Positions 23,045 through 33,873 of a stretch of DNA of 64,000 nt are shown here, piece by piece. The notes under the pieces were generated by a model that was not told where the DNA came from, did not search any database, and worked only from the letters and a program-made list of their open reading frames with translations. The position numbers and the translations under genes are program-made. Position 1 is the stretch's first letter; each line of letters starts with the position of its first letter. Source of the stretch: Trueperaceae bacterium (GTDB lineage Bacteria > Deinococcota > Deinococci > Deinococcales > Trueperaceae); assembly GCA_034521815.1 (NCBI GenBank), contig JAXHLW010000013.1, positions 1,824,001 through 1,888,000 on the forward strand, given 5' to 3'.

Positions 23045-23390
23045 CTGGTTCCTTTGCCGTCCGCGCCCGCCTCGAGCCTGAGGATGCTGCGCGTGCCCAC
23101 CTCCCGCAGCGCGACCCGCCGCGCACACGGACATGCGCTCGCCTCGCTGCGGGACACGCCCGGCCGGTCGAGACAGCTTCTTCCCTCGGCGTGTCCGGCA
23201 CCGCCAGCGGGGCGGCCATCTCCTCGACCGGCTGCTCGAGCGACTCGGATCTCAGCCGCGACCAAGTCTTCGAGATCGACGTCGCGTGCGGCACCGACGC
23301 CGACGCGTCCCACGACCCGACCCCCTCGATCAGCAACCGGCAAAGCTCCCGATGTCCCGAATCTTCATACAACGCCATCTCCCAGTCCAC
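23045..23390 (-). pseudogene. Probable degenerate IS4-family transposase fragment
   Basis: MALYEDSGHRELCRLLIEG..W...VP..TSISKTWSRLRSE.LE..APLAVPDTP and, in another frame, ARRVALREVGTRSIL resemble IS4 transposase N-terminal blocks from memory; no terminal repeats seen. Confidence 0.5.
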
Positions 23391-23487
23391 GGTCCAACGC
23401 GAGCCGCGACGGCGACAACCGCGACCTGAACGGGAGACGCCACGCCGACGCCACGTGGACGGCGTCGCGGCCAGACGTCCAGGGCGC

Positions 23488-23511
23488 CGCCCGTGCGGCG
23501 CCGCACGGGCG
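23488..23511. repeat. Perfect 24-bp palindrome
   Basis: CGCCCGTGCGGCGCCGCACGGGCG. Confidence 0.85.
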
Positions 23512-23544
23512 CATCGTCGCGTCGGCACCCGGTGGGTCGTGCGC

Positions 23545-23573
23545 TTGTCGCCGCCGAAGAATGTGCATATACT
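23545..23573 (+). promoter_or_regulatory. Sigma70-type promoter of the ABC operon
   Basis: TTGTCG-N17-TATACT. Confidence 0.7.
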
Positions 23574-23661
23574 ACCGAAATCGTTCGTGCAGGGACGCTT
23601 CGCGGATCCCGACGCACGTGCATCGCGACGATCCTAAGCGGTCGTTGGAAAGGACGTGAAC

Positions 23662-25234
23662 ATGATGGCCCGACGTCTCCTCCTGACCCTTGTGACCCTG
23701 TGCATCGCCGCGAGCGCGATAGCGCAGGACGGAGGGACCCTCCGCTATCCGATCGACGCCGACCCTGAGCACCTCGACCCGTGGCGCTCCACGTCCGTGG
23801 CGACGCGCCGCGTTCTGGTGAACGTCTACGAGGGGCTCACCACCTTCGATCCGGTGACGGCAGAGGTCGCGCCGCTGCTCGCCGAAGTCGTGGGAGGTCT
23901 CCGACGACGGCCTGACCTACACGTTCGACCTCCGGGAGAGCGTCATGTTCCAGGAGGCCGAGGGTGTCGAGTACGCGGACCGCGAGATGACCGCCGACGA
24001 TGTCGTCTGGTCGTTCGAGCGGTTCGTGACCGAGGACACCAGCATCTCCGAGCACCCCGAGTACCTGAGCGCCGTCGCCGGCAGCGATACGTTCCTCGCG
24101 GGCGAGGCCGACACGATCTCGGGCCTGGACGTGATCGACGACTACACGCTGCAGGTCACCCTCGCGCAGCCCAGCCACCGCTTTCTGGCGGACCTGGTGA
24201 ACGCTTACGTGGTGCCCCGCGAGGCGCTCGAGGGTCTCGGCGACCGGCTCTCGAACAGCCCGGTCGGCACCGGCCCGTTTACCTTCGGCTCGTGGAACCG
24301 CGACGACCGGCTCGTGCTGAACGCCAACCCGGAATACTGGGAAGAAGGCTACCCGCTGCTCGACGCGGTCCGCTTCATCAACGTCCCCGACGAGACGACC
24401 GGCCTGCTGCAGTACCGCGAGGACGAGCTCGACCTGCTGCTCTCCTTTCCGTCGGGCCAGCTAGAGTCGATTCAGGAGCAGTACGGCGGCGAGTACCACG
24501 AGGCGCCCGGCCTGAACGTCCGCTACTGGGGCTTCAAGATGACCGAGCCTCCCTTCGAGGACAACCCCGCGCTGCGCCAGGCGTTCAACCACGCCGTCGA
24601 CCGCGAGCTGATCTGGGACGTCCTCATGGAGGGAGCCCGTCGTCCCGCCCAGGCCGGCGTGCTGCCGCCCGAGATGCCCGCCGCCGACGTGGACGGCTAC
24701 ACCTACGATCTCGAGCGCGCCCGCGAACTGCTCGCCGAGGCCGGCTATCCCGAAGGCGAGGGCCTCGAGCCCATCACGCTCTACTACTTCGCCTCGGCCG
24801 ACGCCGCGCCCCAGGTGGCGTTCCAGGACATGCTGTCGCAGATTGGCGTGGAGATCGAGCTGCAGAGCGAGGACAACAGCACCTACTGGAGCCACATCGG
24901 CGAGCCCGACGTGAAGCTTTTCCTCTCCGGCTGGAGCGCCGACTTCGCCGATCCGAGCGAGATCTTCGACTTCCTCTTCGCCGAAGGCCGCGACGACACG
25001 CAGTACGACAACCCTGAGGTCGACGAGCTCCTCGCCGAAGCCCGCGCCACCTCCGACGGCGCCGCCCGGCAGGAGATCTACCGGAAGGTGCACGAGATCG
25101 TCATGGAGGACGCACCGTGGATCCCCTCCGGCTACTCCAAGATCTCCTACCTGGTCAAGTCCGACGTGGACGGCTTCACCGTCTCTCCGGCCGGCACCTA
25201 TCGCGCCCCGTTGAAGTACGTGAGCGTCGACTGA
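23662..25234 (+). CDS. Peptide ABC transporter substrate-binding protein, family 5 (frameshift near 23888)
   Basis: Signal peptide, LDP, VYEGL, PLLA-(ESWEVS), PVGTGPF, GWSADFADP. Confidence 0.9.
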
Positions 25235-25264
25235 CCCAGCACGCCACGCATCCCTGAACGCGAA

Positions 25265-25302
25265 GCGCCCGTGTCGGGCCGGTTCCGGCCGGACACGGGC
25301 GC
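25265..25302. other. Intra-operon hairpin after the substrate-binding protein gene
   Basis: GCGCCCGTGTC...GACACGGGCGC extended inverted repeat. Confidence 0.6.
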
Positions 25303-26261
25303 ATGGGAGACCGTATCTTGTTCGAGTACATCGTGCGAAGGACGCTGTGGGCCATCCCCACGCTGCTCGGCGTCTTCACGATCATCTTCGTCCTGGCCTA
25401 CATGATGCCGGGTGACCCGGTACGGGCCGTGATGGGCGAGCAGTACCAGCGGGCCGATCCAGCCACGATCGAGCGCGTCCGCGAGCGGCTCGGCCTGAAC
25501 GATCCCTTGCACGTCCGCTACATCGGGTTCCTGGCCCGCTCGCTCCGAGGGGACCTCGGCGAGAGCTTCGTGCTCGACGAATCGGTCGTCGACATCATCG
25601 GCTACCGCTTCCCCGCACCCTGCAGTTGATGAGCGCCGCGCTGCTGGTGGCGATCGCGATCGGCATCCCCGCCGGCATCCTCGCGGCGCGCTACCAGTAC
25701 TCGTGGATCGACCACACCCTCATGCTGATCGCGGTGCTCGGCGTCGCCATGCCGGTGTTCTGGCAGGCGGTGCTGGCCAAGATCTTCTTGACCCAGGACA
25801 CCTACGGTGTCGCGCTCTTCCCGGTCGCAGGCTATGGGGACGGCAACCCCTACTACATGGTCCTGCCCTCGCTCGTGCTCGGCACGCACCTCTCGGCCAC
25901 GATCGCGCGCGTGATGCGTTCGTCGCTGCTGGAGGAGCGTGGCAAGGACTACTCGCGCACCGCCCTGTCGAAGGGCCTGACCGGCAACCGCGTGATCGTC
26001 GGCCACCAGCTCCGCAACGCGATGATCCCCGTGGTCACGGTGATCGGCCTGGACGTGGGCTACCTGCTGGGCGGCTCCGTGGTGACCGAGACGGTGTTCA
26101 ACTGGCCCGGCCTGGGCCGCGCGGTGATCGCCGCGATCTCGCGCCGTGACGCGCCAGTCATCATCGGTACGCTCGTGTTCGGGGCACTGCTGTTCGTGGT
26201 GGTGAACATCCTGGTCGATATCGTCTACGCCTTCCTCGACCCGCAGATCCGCTACGCGTGA
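25303..26261 (+). CDS. Peptide ABC permease, DppB/OppB type (frameshift near 25615)
   Basis: PGDP, GDLGES, TALSKGL, ETVFNWPGLG, DPQIRY; true start may be TTG 25318. Confidence 0.88.
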
Positions 26262-27108
26262 GACGGGTCTCCGCCCTCGTCCGCTCCCGCAAGATGCGGG
26301 CATTCGCCCGGCACCGCTTGGGGCTCCTCGGCCTGGCGATCGTGACGACCTTCACGCTCGCGGCGATCTTCGCGCCCTGGATCGCCCCGTACGACCCCAC
26401 GGAGCAGCGCATCGCCACGGCCCGGCTCGTGCCGCCGTCGCCGAACACCTCATGGGCACCGACGAGCTCGGGCGCGACCTGTTCTCCCGCATCGTCTACG
26501 GCGCGCGCATCTCGATGCGGATAGGGCTCATCGCGGAGGGCATCGCCCTCACGATCGGCATCATCCTGGGCGCGACCGCCGGCTTCGTGGGCGGCTGGGT
26601 CGACAACCTGATCATGCGCGTCACCGACGTCTTCTTCGCGATCCCCGCCCTACTGTTCCTGATCGTGGTGGTGGCGATCTTCGACTCGAGCGCGACCACC
26701 ATCTTTCTGGCGCTGGGGCTCATTGCGTGGCCCAGCGAGGCACGCATGATGCGCTCGGAGGTGTTGCGCATCCGCGAACGCGAGTACGTCACCGCCGCGC
26801 GCGCGCTCGGGCTGCACAACGCACGCATCGTGATGCGCCACATCCTGCCTAACGCCATCGCATCGATGATCGTGATCGGCTCCCTCGGCGTGGCCGGGGC
26901 GATCCTCGCGGAAGCCACCCTGTCCTTCCTGGGGCTCGGGATCCAGGAGCCCATCGCTTCGTGGGGCACGATGATCAACCGCGGCCAGCAGTTCGTCTTC
27001 ACCGCCTGGTGGTACAGCGTGTTCCCGGGGGCCGTGATCATGCTGGTGGTGCTGGGCTTCAACTTCCTGGGCGACGCGGTCCGCGACGCCCTGGCGGGAG
27101 AGAAGTGA
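26258..27108 (+). CDS. Peptide ABC permease, DppC/OppC type (frameshift near 26448)
   Basis: GTDELGRDLFSRIVYGAR, EYVTAARALG, RHILPN, NFLGDAVRD. Confidence 0.88.
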
Positions 27109-27145
27109 GCCTCCTTCCACCGCGTCCCGCCCCGAGGAGGAGAGC

Positions 27146-28577
27146 ATGAGGACAGACGCATGGATCGCCGAGTTCGACGCCCTCGCCGAGGCGTTCTTCG
27201 TCGAGCACGACGTGCCGGGCGGTGCGGTCGCGGTCACCGTGGGCGACGAGGTCGTGCTGTCGCGCGGCTACGGGCTGCGGGACCGCGAGGCGGGCCTGCC
27301 GGCGACGGAGACGACCCGCTTCGGCGTCGCCTCGCTTTCGAAGTCGTTCACGGCCCTCACGCTGCTTAGCCTGGCGGCCAACGGAGTGCTCGACCTGGAC
27401 GACCCCGTGACGCGCTGGCTGCCCGGCTTCGACTACCCCGGCCTGCGCCCGGAGACCCCGGTTCGGCTCCGCCATATGCTGAGCCACACGAGCGGCATCC
27501 CGCCCTCCGGGCCCTCGACTACGGCATCCACCCGAGCCAGACCGGCGACCCGGCCGAGGCGTTCAACGAGCGCTCGTACGACGACGCGCCCGCCATGGGG
27601 AGCTACGAGGACCTGTTGGCCTACCTGCGGCGCGGCGAGGGCCCGCTCATCGCCCCGCCGGGGGAGGTCGTGTCGTACTCGAACGACGCCTACGGGCTAC
27701 TCGGCGCGGTGGTGGAGGCGGCGACGGGGGTGCCGTTCGGGGAGGCCGTGCGCGAGCGCGTGTTCGCGCCCCTTGGGATGGACGGCGCCACCTTCGATAC
27801 GGCCGACGCGCGCGCGTCGGGCGAGCTGACGCAGCTCTACACGCCTTCCCGGGCGGCGGGACCATCGTTTCGCCCCGCTGGGAGGAGGCGCCGGCGCACC
27901 TGGCGACCGGCTTCATGAAGGCCAGCGTGCGCGACCTGTCGTGCTGCCTACGCGCTCTCGCCACGGACGATCACGCGCGGCTCGGGCTCGCGCCCGAGGT
28001 CCTGGCCTCCCTCTTCGAGGGGCGCGGCTGGGCGGAGCCTAGCACGGACTACGGGCTCGGTTGGATGGTGCAGGCGGACTATCACGGCGTGACGCTCATG
28101 CGCCACGGCGGCAGCTTGAAGGGGATCTCCGCGCACCAGGGCTTCGTGCCCGAACGGGACGTGGGCGTCGTGGTCCTCTGCAATCTGGACGAGGTGCCGG
28201 TCAAGCGGCTGTGGGCCGTGGGGATCAACCTGGCACTCGGTCTGCCAGCTGACACGCCGCTCCAACACGTGCCCGAGGACGCGGCGGCGCGCGGTCCCGC
28301 GCCTGCGGCCGTGGCAGGCCTCTACGCCTCAGGCGAGCCCTGGGGGCGGTTCGAGGTGCGCGAAGAGAACGGCGTCCTGCGTGCGTACACGGGCGAGGAC
28401 GGCAGCCTCGCCGGTCGCCTGGCGTGGCTCGACGACCGCACGTTCGTGCTGGAGACGGACGCGGGCGCATGGTCGGGCGGGCGCTTTCACCTGAACGAGA
28501 CGGGCGAGGCAATCGCGGCGCAGCAGGGGATGCGGTGGTACGTGCGCGAAGCTGCGAGCCACAGCACGCCAGGCTAG
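27146..28577 (+). CDS. Beta-lactamase-fold serine hydrolase or D-peptidase (frameshifts near 27505 and 27850)
   Basis: SxxK (SLSK), LSHTSG, YSN and HGG motifs spread over three frames. Confidence 0.82.
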
Positions 28578-28816
28578 AGCGCAGCGATGACCCCTCGAGG
28601 CCGACCGAACGGCGCCGCCAGCGGCTCGGCCTCGATCGGTCGCGGGCACGAAGGATCGCGACCTTGCTCGGAACCCGCCACGACCACGCAAGGCCCCGAC
28701 GAGGGTCGCAGACCTCCTCATCCCGCGCCTCCGGCCACGACCCCAGTCCCAGCACCGGCACTCGACACCCCACGCCAATCGCTCGAGTCGACGGTATTGG
28801 GGCTAAACTGACGCGC

Positions 28817-29284
28817 ATGAGACTTTCGGCCACCGACATCTATGCGCTCCAGGCGCTCGGTTTCCTGGGCAGCCGGCACGGACGCGGCTGGGTGGGAAGC
28901 GACGCCATCGCCCAGGCGACCGGCATCGCGCGACCGTACCTGGCACGCGTGATGGCGGCGCTGGTCGCGAGCGGCATCGTGGGGTCGAAGAAGGGCGCCG
29001 GGGGCGGCTACGCCCTGCAGCGCGAGCCCGCCTCGGTCGACCTGCGCGAGGTGATGCGCGCCATCGACGGACCCGTCGCGCCGCTGAGCTGCGTCAGCCG
29101 GAACTGGTACGAGGCGTGCGAGGTCGAGGACCGCTGTCACGCCCGCAGCGCCATCTGGCAGCGCGTCCGAGACGCCGTCCTGGACGTTCTGGCCGACGTG
29201 AGCGTCGCCGACCTCGCGCGCGACGTCGACCAGGGGATCGACTACCGACCGTGCCTGGACCACCTGTTGAGGCCGGGCGCGTGA
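28817..29284 (+). CDS. Rrf2-family transcriptional regulator with three Cys
   Basis: [11 protein letters not shown] winged helix; CVS..C....C; TAAACT 7 nt before ATG. Confidence 0.9.
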   Translation: MRLSATDIYALQALGFLGSRHGRGWVGSDAIAQATGIARPYLARVMAALVASGIVGSKKGAGGGYALQREPASVDLREVMRAIDGPVAPLSCVSRNWYEACEVEDRCHARSAIWQRVRDAVLDVLADVSVADLARDVDQGIDYRPCLDHLLRPGA

Positions 29285-30096
29285 GGGTCCGTGCGAGCGC
29301 CCGTCCCCGCGTCCTGGTCACCACCAGCCAGTCGGCACGCGAAAGGCCGCTTCGCCGGATCGATGCGCTCACCGGCCAGAACTACGCCAGCGCGCTGGTT
29401 CGTACCGGCTTGCTGCCGACGATGGCGCCGACGTTGCCGGCCGAGCTCGCGCCGGCGCTGCTGGACGGCGTCGACGGCGTGCTGTTCTCGGGCGGCGTCG
29501 ACATCGATCCGGCTCGCTTCGGGCAGCGACCCAGCCGGAACCTCGGCGTGGTGGACCAAGAGCGAGACGCATTCGAGCTCGCCCTCTACCACGCCGCCCG
29601 GGAGCGGGGCCTACCGATGCTGGGCATCTGCCGAGGGATCCAGCTCGTCGCGGTCGCTGCGGGCGGCACCGTCCACCAGCACCTCCAGGACGTGCCCGGC
29701 ACCCATCAGCACGAACAGCGCGACCGTGGCGGCGATCCGCTCCATACGGTTCGATTGACCGCCCCCTCCGTCTTGGCGGACCTTTTCGGAGCGGACTCGG
29801 TCACGGTGAACAGCTATCACCACCAAGCGGTCGACGCTCCTCCCGACGGCTACCGTGTCACGGCCAGGACGCACGACGGCGTGGTCGAGGCGCTCGAGGC
29901 GGACGGCGGAAGCTTCGTGCTGGCGGTGCAGTGGCATCCCGAGATGGCGTTTCCGCGGCACCCCGCGCAGCTCGTGCCGTTCGTCGCGTTCGCGCGGGCG
30001 CTGGGCGTGGACGTGGACGTGGACGTGAGCGTCGACGTTGGCGTGGGCGTAGGCCTCGGCGTGGACGCGGGCGCGGGCGCCGCCGAGGCCGGCTGA
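29281..30096 (+). CDS. Peptidase C26 / gamma-glutamyl-GABA hydrolase family protein
   Basis: [33 protein letters not shown] overlap with rrf2. Confidence 0.9.
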   Translation: MRVRASARPRVLVTTSQSARERPLRRIDALTGQNYASALVRTGLLPTMAPTLPAELAPALLDGVDGVLFSGGVDIDPARFGQRPSRNLGVVDQERDAFELALYHAARERGLPMLGICRGIQLVAVAAGGTVHQHLQDVPGTHQHEQRDRGGDPLHTVRLTAPSVLADLFGADSVTVNSYHHQAVDAPPDGYRVTARTHDGVVEALEADGGSFVLAVQWHPEMAFPRHPAQLVPFVAFARALGVDVDVDVSVDVGVGVGLGVDAGAGAAEAG

Positions 30097-31188
30097 ATGC
30101 GGCCCGCTCCCCTGTTCGGGACGGTGGTCGTGGCCGGCGTCGGGCTGATCGGCGGCTCGATCGCGCTGGGCACCCGGCAGCGCTTCCTGGCCGACCGGGT
30201 GATCGGCCTCGATCCGGACGCCGAGGCGCTCGAGGTCGCCCGCTTCCACGGCGTGATCGACGAGGCGCGCCTCGAGCCCGGACCGTGGCTGGCGGACGCC
30301 GACCTGATCGTGTTGGCCACGCCGTCCAGAACGCTGGTTCCGCTGGCGCGCCAGCTCGCGCCGTTCCTGCGCGAGGACGCGATCGTGACGGACGTGGGCT
30401 CGGTCAAAGCCCCGATCGTCGCGTCGCTGCACGACCTTCGCCTGGTCGGCGGCCACCCGATGGCCGGCTCGGACCGGTCCGGCGTCCGGCACGCCGACGC
30501 CGCGCTGCTCGAGAACGCGGTGTGGGTGCTGACCCCCACCGAGTCGACCGATCCCCTCGCCTTGGACCGGGTCCGCACCTTCGTGCAGCACCTGGGCGCA
30601 CGCCCGATCGAGGTGCCGCCCGAGCGGCACGACCGCCTGGTCGCCACCGTGTCGCACCTTCCCTACCTGGCGGCGCTGGCGCTGACGCGGCTGGCGTCGG
30701 AGGACGGCGAGCGGGACCTGATGATGCTGCTCGCCGCCGGCGGATTCCGCGACCTGACGCGGGTCGCGTCGGGATCGCCGGTCATGAGTCGCGACATGGT
30801 GGCGGGGAACGTCGACGCGGTGCGCGAGGCCCTCGGCGGCTTCCGGCGCGCCCTGGACGATCTGGAGACCCGGCTCGACGACCCCGAGGCGCTGCTGGCC
30901 GCCTCGGTCGAGGGGAAACGGACGCGCGACGGGATCCCGATCGTGCGCCGCAGCCTGCTCCCGCCCAGGCCCGAGGTGGTCCTGGCCGTGCCGGACGTGC
31001 CGGGCCAGCTGGCGCGCATCACGGCCGCCTGCGGCGAGGCGGGGGTGAACGTCAAGGAGATCGAGGTGCTTTCGATCCGCGAGGCGGGCGGCGCCGTCCG
31101 GCTGGCGTTCGAGGACGCCGAGACCCTCGACGCGGCGGTGCGAGCGCTGCGCGCCGCCGGGTTCGAGGCGCGCGTGCGAGCGGTCTGA
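30097..31188 (+). CDS. tyrA: Prephenate dehydrogenase with C-terminal ACT domain
   Basis: GVGLIGGS, DVGSVK, GGHPMAG, SHLP, PDVPGQL. Confidence 0.93.
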   Translation: MRPAPLFGTVVVAGVGLIGGSIALGTRQRFLADRVIGLDPDAEALEVARFHGVIDEARLEPGPWLADADLIVLATPSRTLVPLARQLAPFLREDAIVTDVGSVKAPIVASLHDLRLVGGHPMAGSDRSGVRHADAALLENAVWVLTPTESTDPLALDRVRTFVQHLGARPIEVPPERHDRLVATVSHLPYLAALALTRLASEDGERDLMMLLAAGGFRDLTRVASGSPVMSRDMVAGNVDAVREALGGFRRALDDLETRLDDPEALLAASVEGKRTRDGIPIVRRSLLPPRPEVVLAVPDVPGQLARITAACGEAGVNVKEIEVLSIREAGGAVRLAFEDAETLDAAVRALRAAGFEARVRAV

Positions 31189-31203
31189 GCGGCGCCTGCG
31201 ACG

Positions 31204-31470
31204 GTGAGCGACGGGGCGCGCGACGAGCTGTTCGACCTGGCGGTGAACCGGGCGCTGTCGTACGCGCGGCGGACCCGGGCGCTGCAACGCGCGAGCGACG
31301 TCCCCTCGCTCACGCGGGAGCTGGAGCTATGGATCCTGCGTACCCGCTTCGCCTACCGCGTTCGCCTCGAGGAGGTCGCGGCGCGCCTCCTGGACGCGCC
31401 CGCCGGCGAGGTTCACTGGAGCGGCGGTGCCGGCGGCGGCTGGCGCGAGGGCCCGCCCCCACGGCCGTGA
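31204..31470 (+). CDS. Small hypothetical protein
   Basis: 88-aa protein-like ORF directly behind tyrA (W..RTRFAYRV, W.GG..GGW). Confidence 0.65.
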   Translation: MSDGARDELFDLAVNRALSYARRTRALQRASDVPSLTRELELWILRTRFAYRVRLEEVAARLLDAPAGEVHWSGGAGGGWREGPPPRP

Positions 31471-31510
31471 CCGTCAGGCTCGCCGGTAGAGCTCGGCTCG
31501 TCCGCAGCGC

Positions 31511-32071
31511 TCAGGACCCCCAGGGCCGAACGACGATCTGACCGTCGCGCAGGTGCGCGATCTCCGCGCCCGGCGGACGGTCGTCGCTGCCCTCGGCCTG
31601 CGCCAGCGCCGAGCCGATCCGCAGCTGCGGACTGCGGATCCGCTGCGCCCAGATCACGGCCTTGTCGTTCCCGCCCGCCCCGGCGTGCGCCAATCCGCGC
31701 AGCGTGCCGATCACGATGATGTCGTCGTTGGCGAGGATCTCGGCGCCCGCGTTCACGTCGCCCAGGATCACGACCGAGCCGCTGGACTCGATGCGTCCGC
31801 CGGAGCGCACCGTCCGGGCCAGGATCACGGTCTCGCCCCGGGCCTGCGTGACGGCGGTGGGCGGGCGCAGGTCGGCGAACGTGCCACCCGCCTCGCGAAC
31901 GGCGTCGCGAACGGCGTCGAGGAGATCGGGCGAGAGTCGCCCCGTGACCTCCACCGACACCTTGCCCTCGAGGAGCCCGGCGTGCTGCTCGAGCGCGGCA
32001 TGCACCGCCCCGAGGTCGTCGGCCGGTTCGAAGCTGAGCAGGATGCCCCCGCGGATGCCACGCGCTTTCAC
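31511..32071 (-). CDS. minC: Septum site-determining protein MinC
   Basis: RTVRSG, GDVNAGAE, GTLRGLAHAG, QLRI. Confidence 0.92.
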   Translation of the reverse strand: MKARGIRGGILLSFEPADDLGAVHAALEQHAGLLEGKVSVEVTGRLSPDLLDAVRDAVREAGGTFADLRPPTAVTQARGETVILARTVRSGGRIESSGSVVILGDVNAGAEILANDDIIVIGTLRGLAHAGAGGNDKAVIWAQRIRSPQLRIGSALAQAEGSDDRPPGAEIAHLRDGQIVVRPWGS

Positions 32072-33873
32072 TCGACGCTCGCCCCCTCGGCCAGCTGCAC
32101 CGGCAGCTGGAGGTAGTCCACCAGAAAATCGCGCACGACCGGTACCGCGGTCGCGCTGCTCGACCCTGCGTTCTCGAGGAACGTTACCACGGCGATCTCG
32201 GGGCTCCCGGCCGGGGCGTACGCCATGAACCAGCCGTGCTCGAACCCCTCCCCGCCGCCGTTCTGAGCCGTGCCCGTCTTGCCGGCGACCGCCACGGGGA
32301 ACGACGCGGCGGGCCCCAACACGCGGCTCGATCCGTGGTCGGTCACCATCATGCGCATGCCGTCGCGCAGCACGCTCCAGGACCGCCCCGGGATCAGGGC
32401 CGCCTCCACCGGCTGCGGCTCGTCGCCGACCTGCGCGACCAGCCGCGGCTGCACCATCCGCCCGTCGGACGCCAGCGCGCCGACGAACCGCAGGTTCTGC
32501 AGCGGCGTCGCCAGCACGTCGCCCTGGCCGATCACCGTGTTCAGCGTGTAGCCCGGGTACCACGAGGTGTCCTTCGCCTCGCGGACCCACTCCGGGTCCG
32601 GCACCCGTCCGGCCCGCTCGCCGGGCAGCCCGACGCCGACCGGCTCGCCGAAGCCGAACATGCGCGCATCGTCGTGAAGCGCACGGATGAACGGTCCCCA
32701 GCCGTCGCCGAAGCCGGGCGTGTCCAGCGCGGCGTGCCAGTAGAAGGTGTTGCAGCTGTCCGCGATCGCCTCGGCGACGGTGTAATTGCCGCGGTAGTAC
32801 GTCGCCCAGTTCCTCCACACGATCCCGCCCAGCCGCACCGACGCCGTGCAGCCGTACCTCGTTCCGGGAGCCACGAACCCCTCCTCGAGCAGCGTGTACG
32901 AGGTGAGCATCTTGAAGGTGGAGGCGGGCGGGAACGCCTCGATCGCCCGGTTCTGGAGCGGCTTCAGCACGTCGTCCCCGAGGACCAGGGCGACCGCGTC
33001 CGGGTCGCTGGGCCGGTGCGTGAACACGTTCTGGTCGAACGACGGGGACGAGGCGATCGCCAGCACGTCGCCGCTTTCCAGGTCCATCGCCAGCAGCGCG
33101 CCGCGCGTCACGGTCAGCTGGGGAAGCCCGTTCTCGCGGCGCTGCGCGTTCAGGTAGGTCAATGCGCCGGCCAGCGCGTCCTCGGCCGCCCGCTGGGCCC
33201 GCGGATCGATCGTGGTCCGCACGTCCTCGCCGGGAACGGCCGCCACGACCTCCTGCCGCCGCATCGGCACGCCGCGGTGATCCACCTCGACCAGCTCCCT
33301 GCCCGGCCGTCCGAACAGCCACGGCTCCAGGCCCGCCTCCAGGCCGGTCACGCCGATCATGTCGTCCACCGCGTACCCGACGTCGCGGGCCGGATCGGCC
33401 AGCCCGGTGTAGCCGATCGTCTGAGCCGCGAGGTTCGTCGGGTAGATCCGCTCGATCCGCTCGCGCAGGTACAGGTTCGCCTGACCGGCGACGCGCTCCT
33501 CGACCGCCGGGACCAGCGCGTCGGGAATGTTCCACGCCACCACCGATCCGCTCCGCGCCTCCTCCGGATCGCTGCGATCGGGCGGCCTGGGATCGCCGGG
33601 CAGGTCCAGCAGGCTCTGCAGCCGTGACCAGCCGTCCACCTCGCCGCCCCAGTACATGAGGTCGTACGCGACGCGGTTGTCCGCCAGGACGGTGCCGTCG
33701 CGGGCCAGCAGGCGCCCGCGGAGCGGCGCGATCCTGCGCTGCTGCGTGAAGTTGCGCAGCGACAGGTCCGAGTACTGCTCGGCCTGCGCGAGCTGCAGCC
33801 ACATCAGCCGGCCGGTGAACACCACGAGCAGCGTCAGCATCACCGCCAGCAGGAAACGCATGCGAGAGATCAC
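32068..33873 (-). CDS. mrdA: Penicillin-binding protein 2 (class B)
   Basis: N-terminal TM, STFK, SCN, KTG; lies behind mreD. Confidence 0.9.
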   Translation of the reverse strand: MISRMRFLLAVMLTLLVVFTGRLMWLQLAQAEQYSDLSLRNFTQQRRIAPLRGRLLARDGTVLADNRVAYDLMYWGGEVDGWSRLQSLLDLPGDPRPPDRSDPEEARSGSVVAWNIPDALVPAVEERVAGQANLYLRERIERIYPTNLAAQTIGYTGLADPARDVGYAVDDMIGVTGLEAGLEPWLFGRPGRELVEVDHRGVPMRRQEVVAAVPGEDVRTTIDPRAQRAAEDALAGALTYLNAQRRENGLPQLTVTRGALLAMDLESGDVLAIASSPSFDQNVFTHRPSDPDAVALVLGDDVLKPLQNRAIEAFPPASTFKMLTSYTLLEEGFVAPGTRYGCTASVRLGGIVWRNWATYYRGNYTVAEAIADSCNTFYWHAALDTPGFGDGWGPFIRALHDDARMFGFGEPVGVGLPGERAGRVPDPEWVREAKDTSWYPGYTLNTVIGQGDVLATPLQNLRFVGALASDGRMVQPRLVAQVGDEPQPVEAALIPGRSWSVLRDGMRMMVTDHGSSRVLGPAASFPVAVAGKTGTAQNGGGEGFEHGWFMAYAPAGSPEIAVVTFLENAGSSSATAVPVVRDFLVDYLQLPVQLAEGASVE

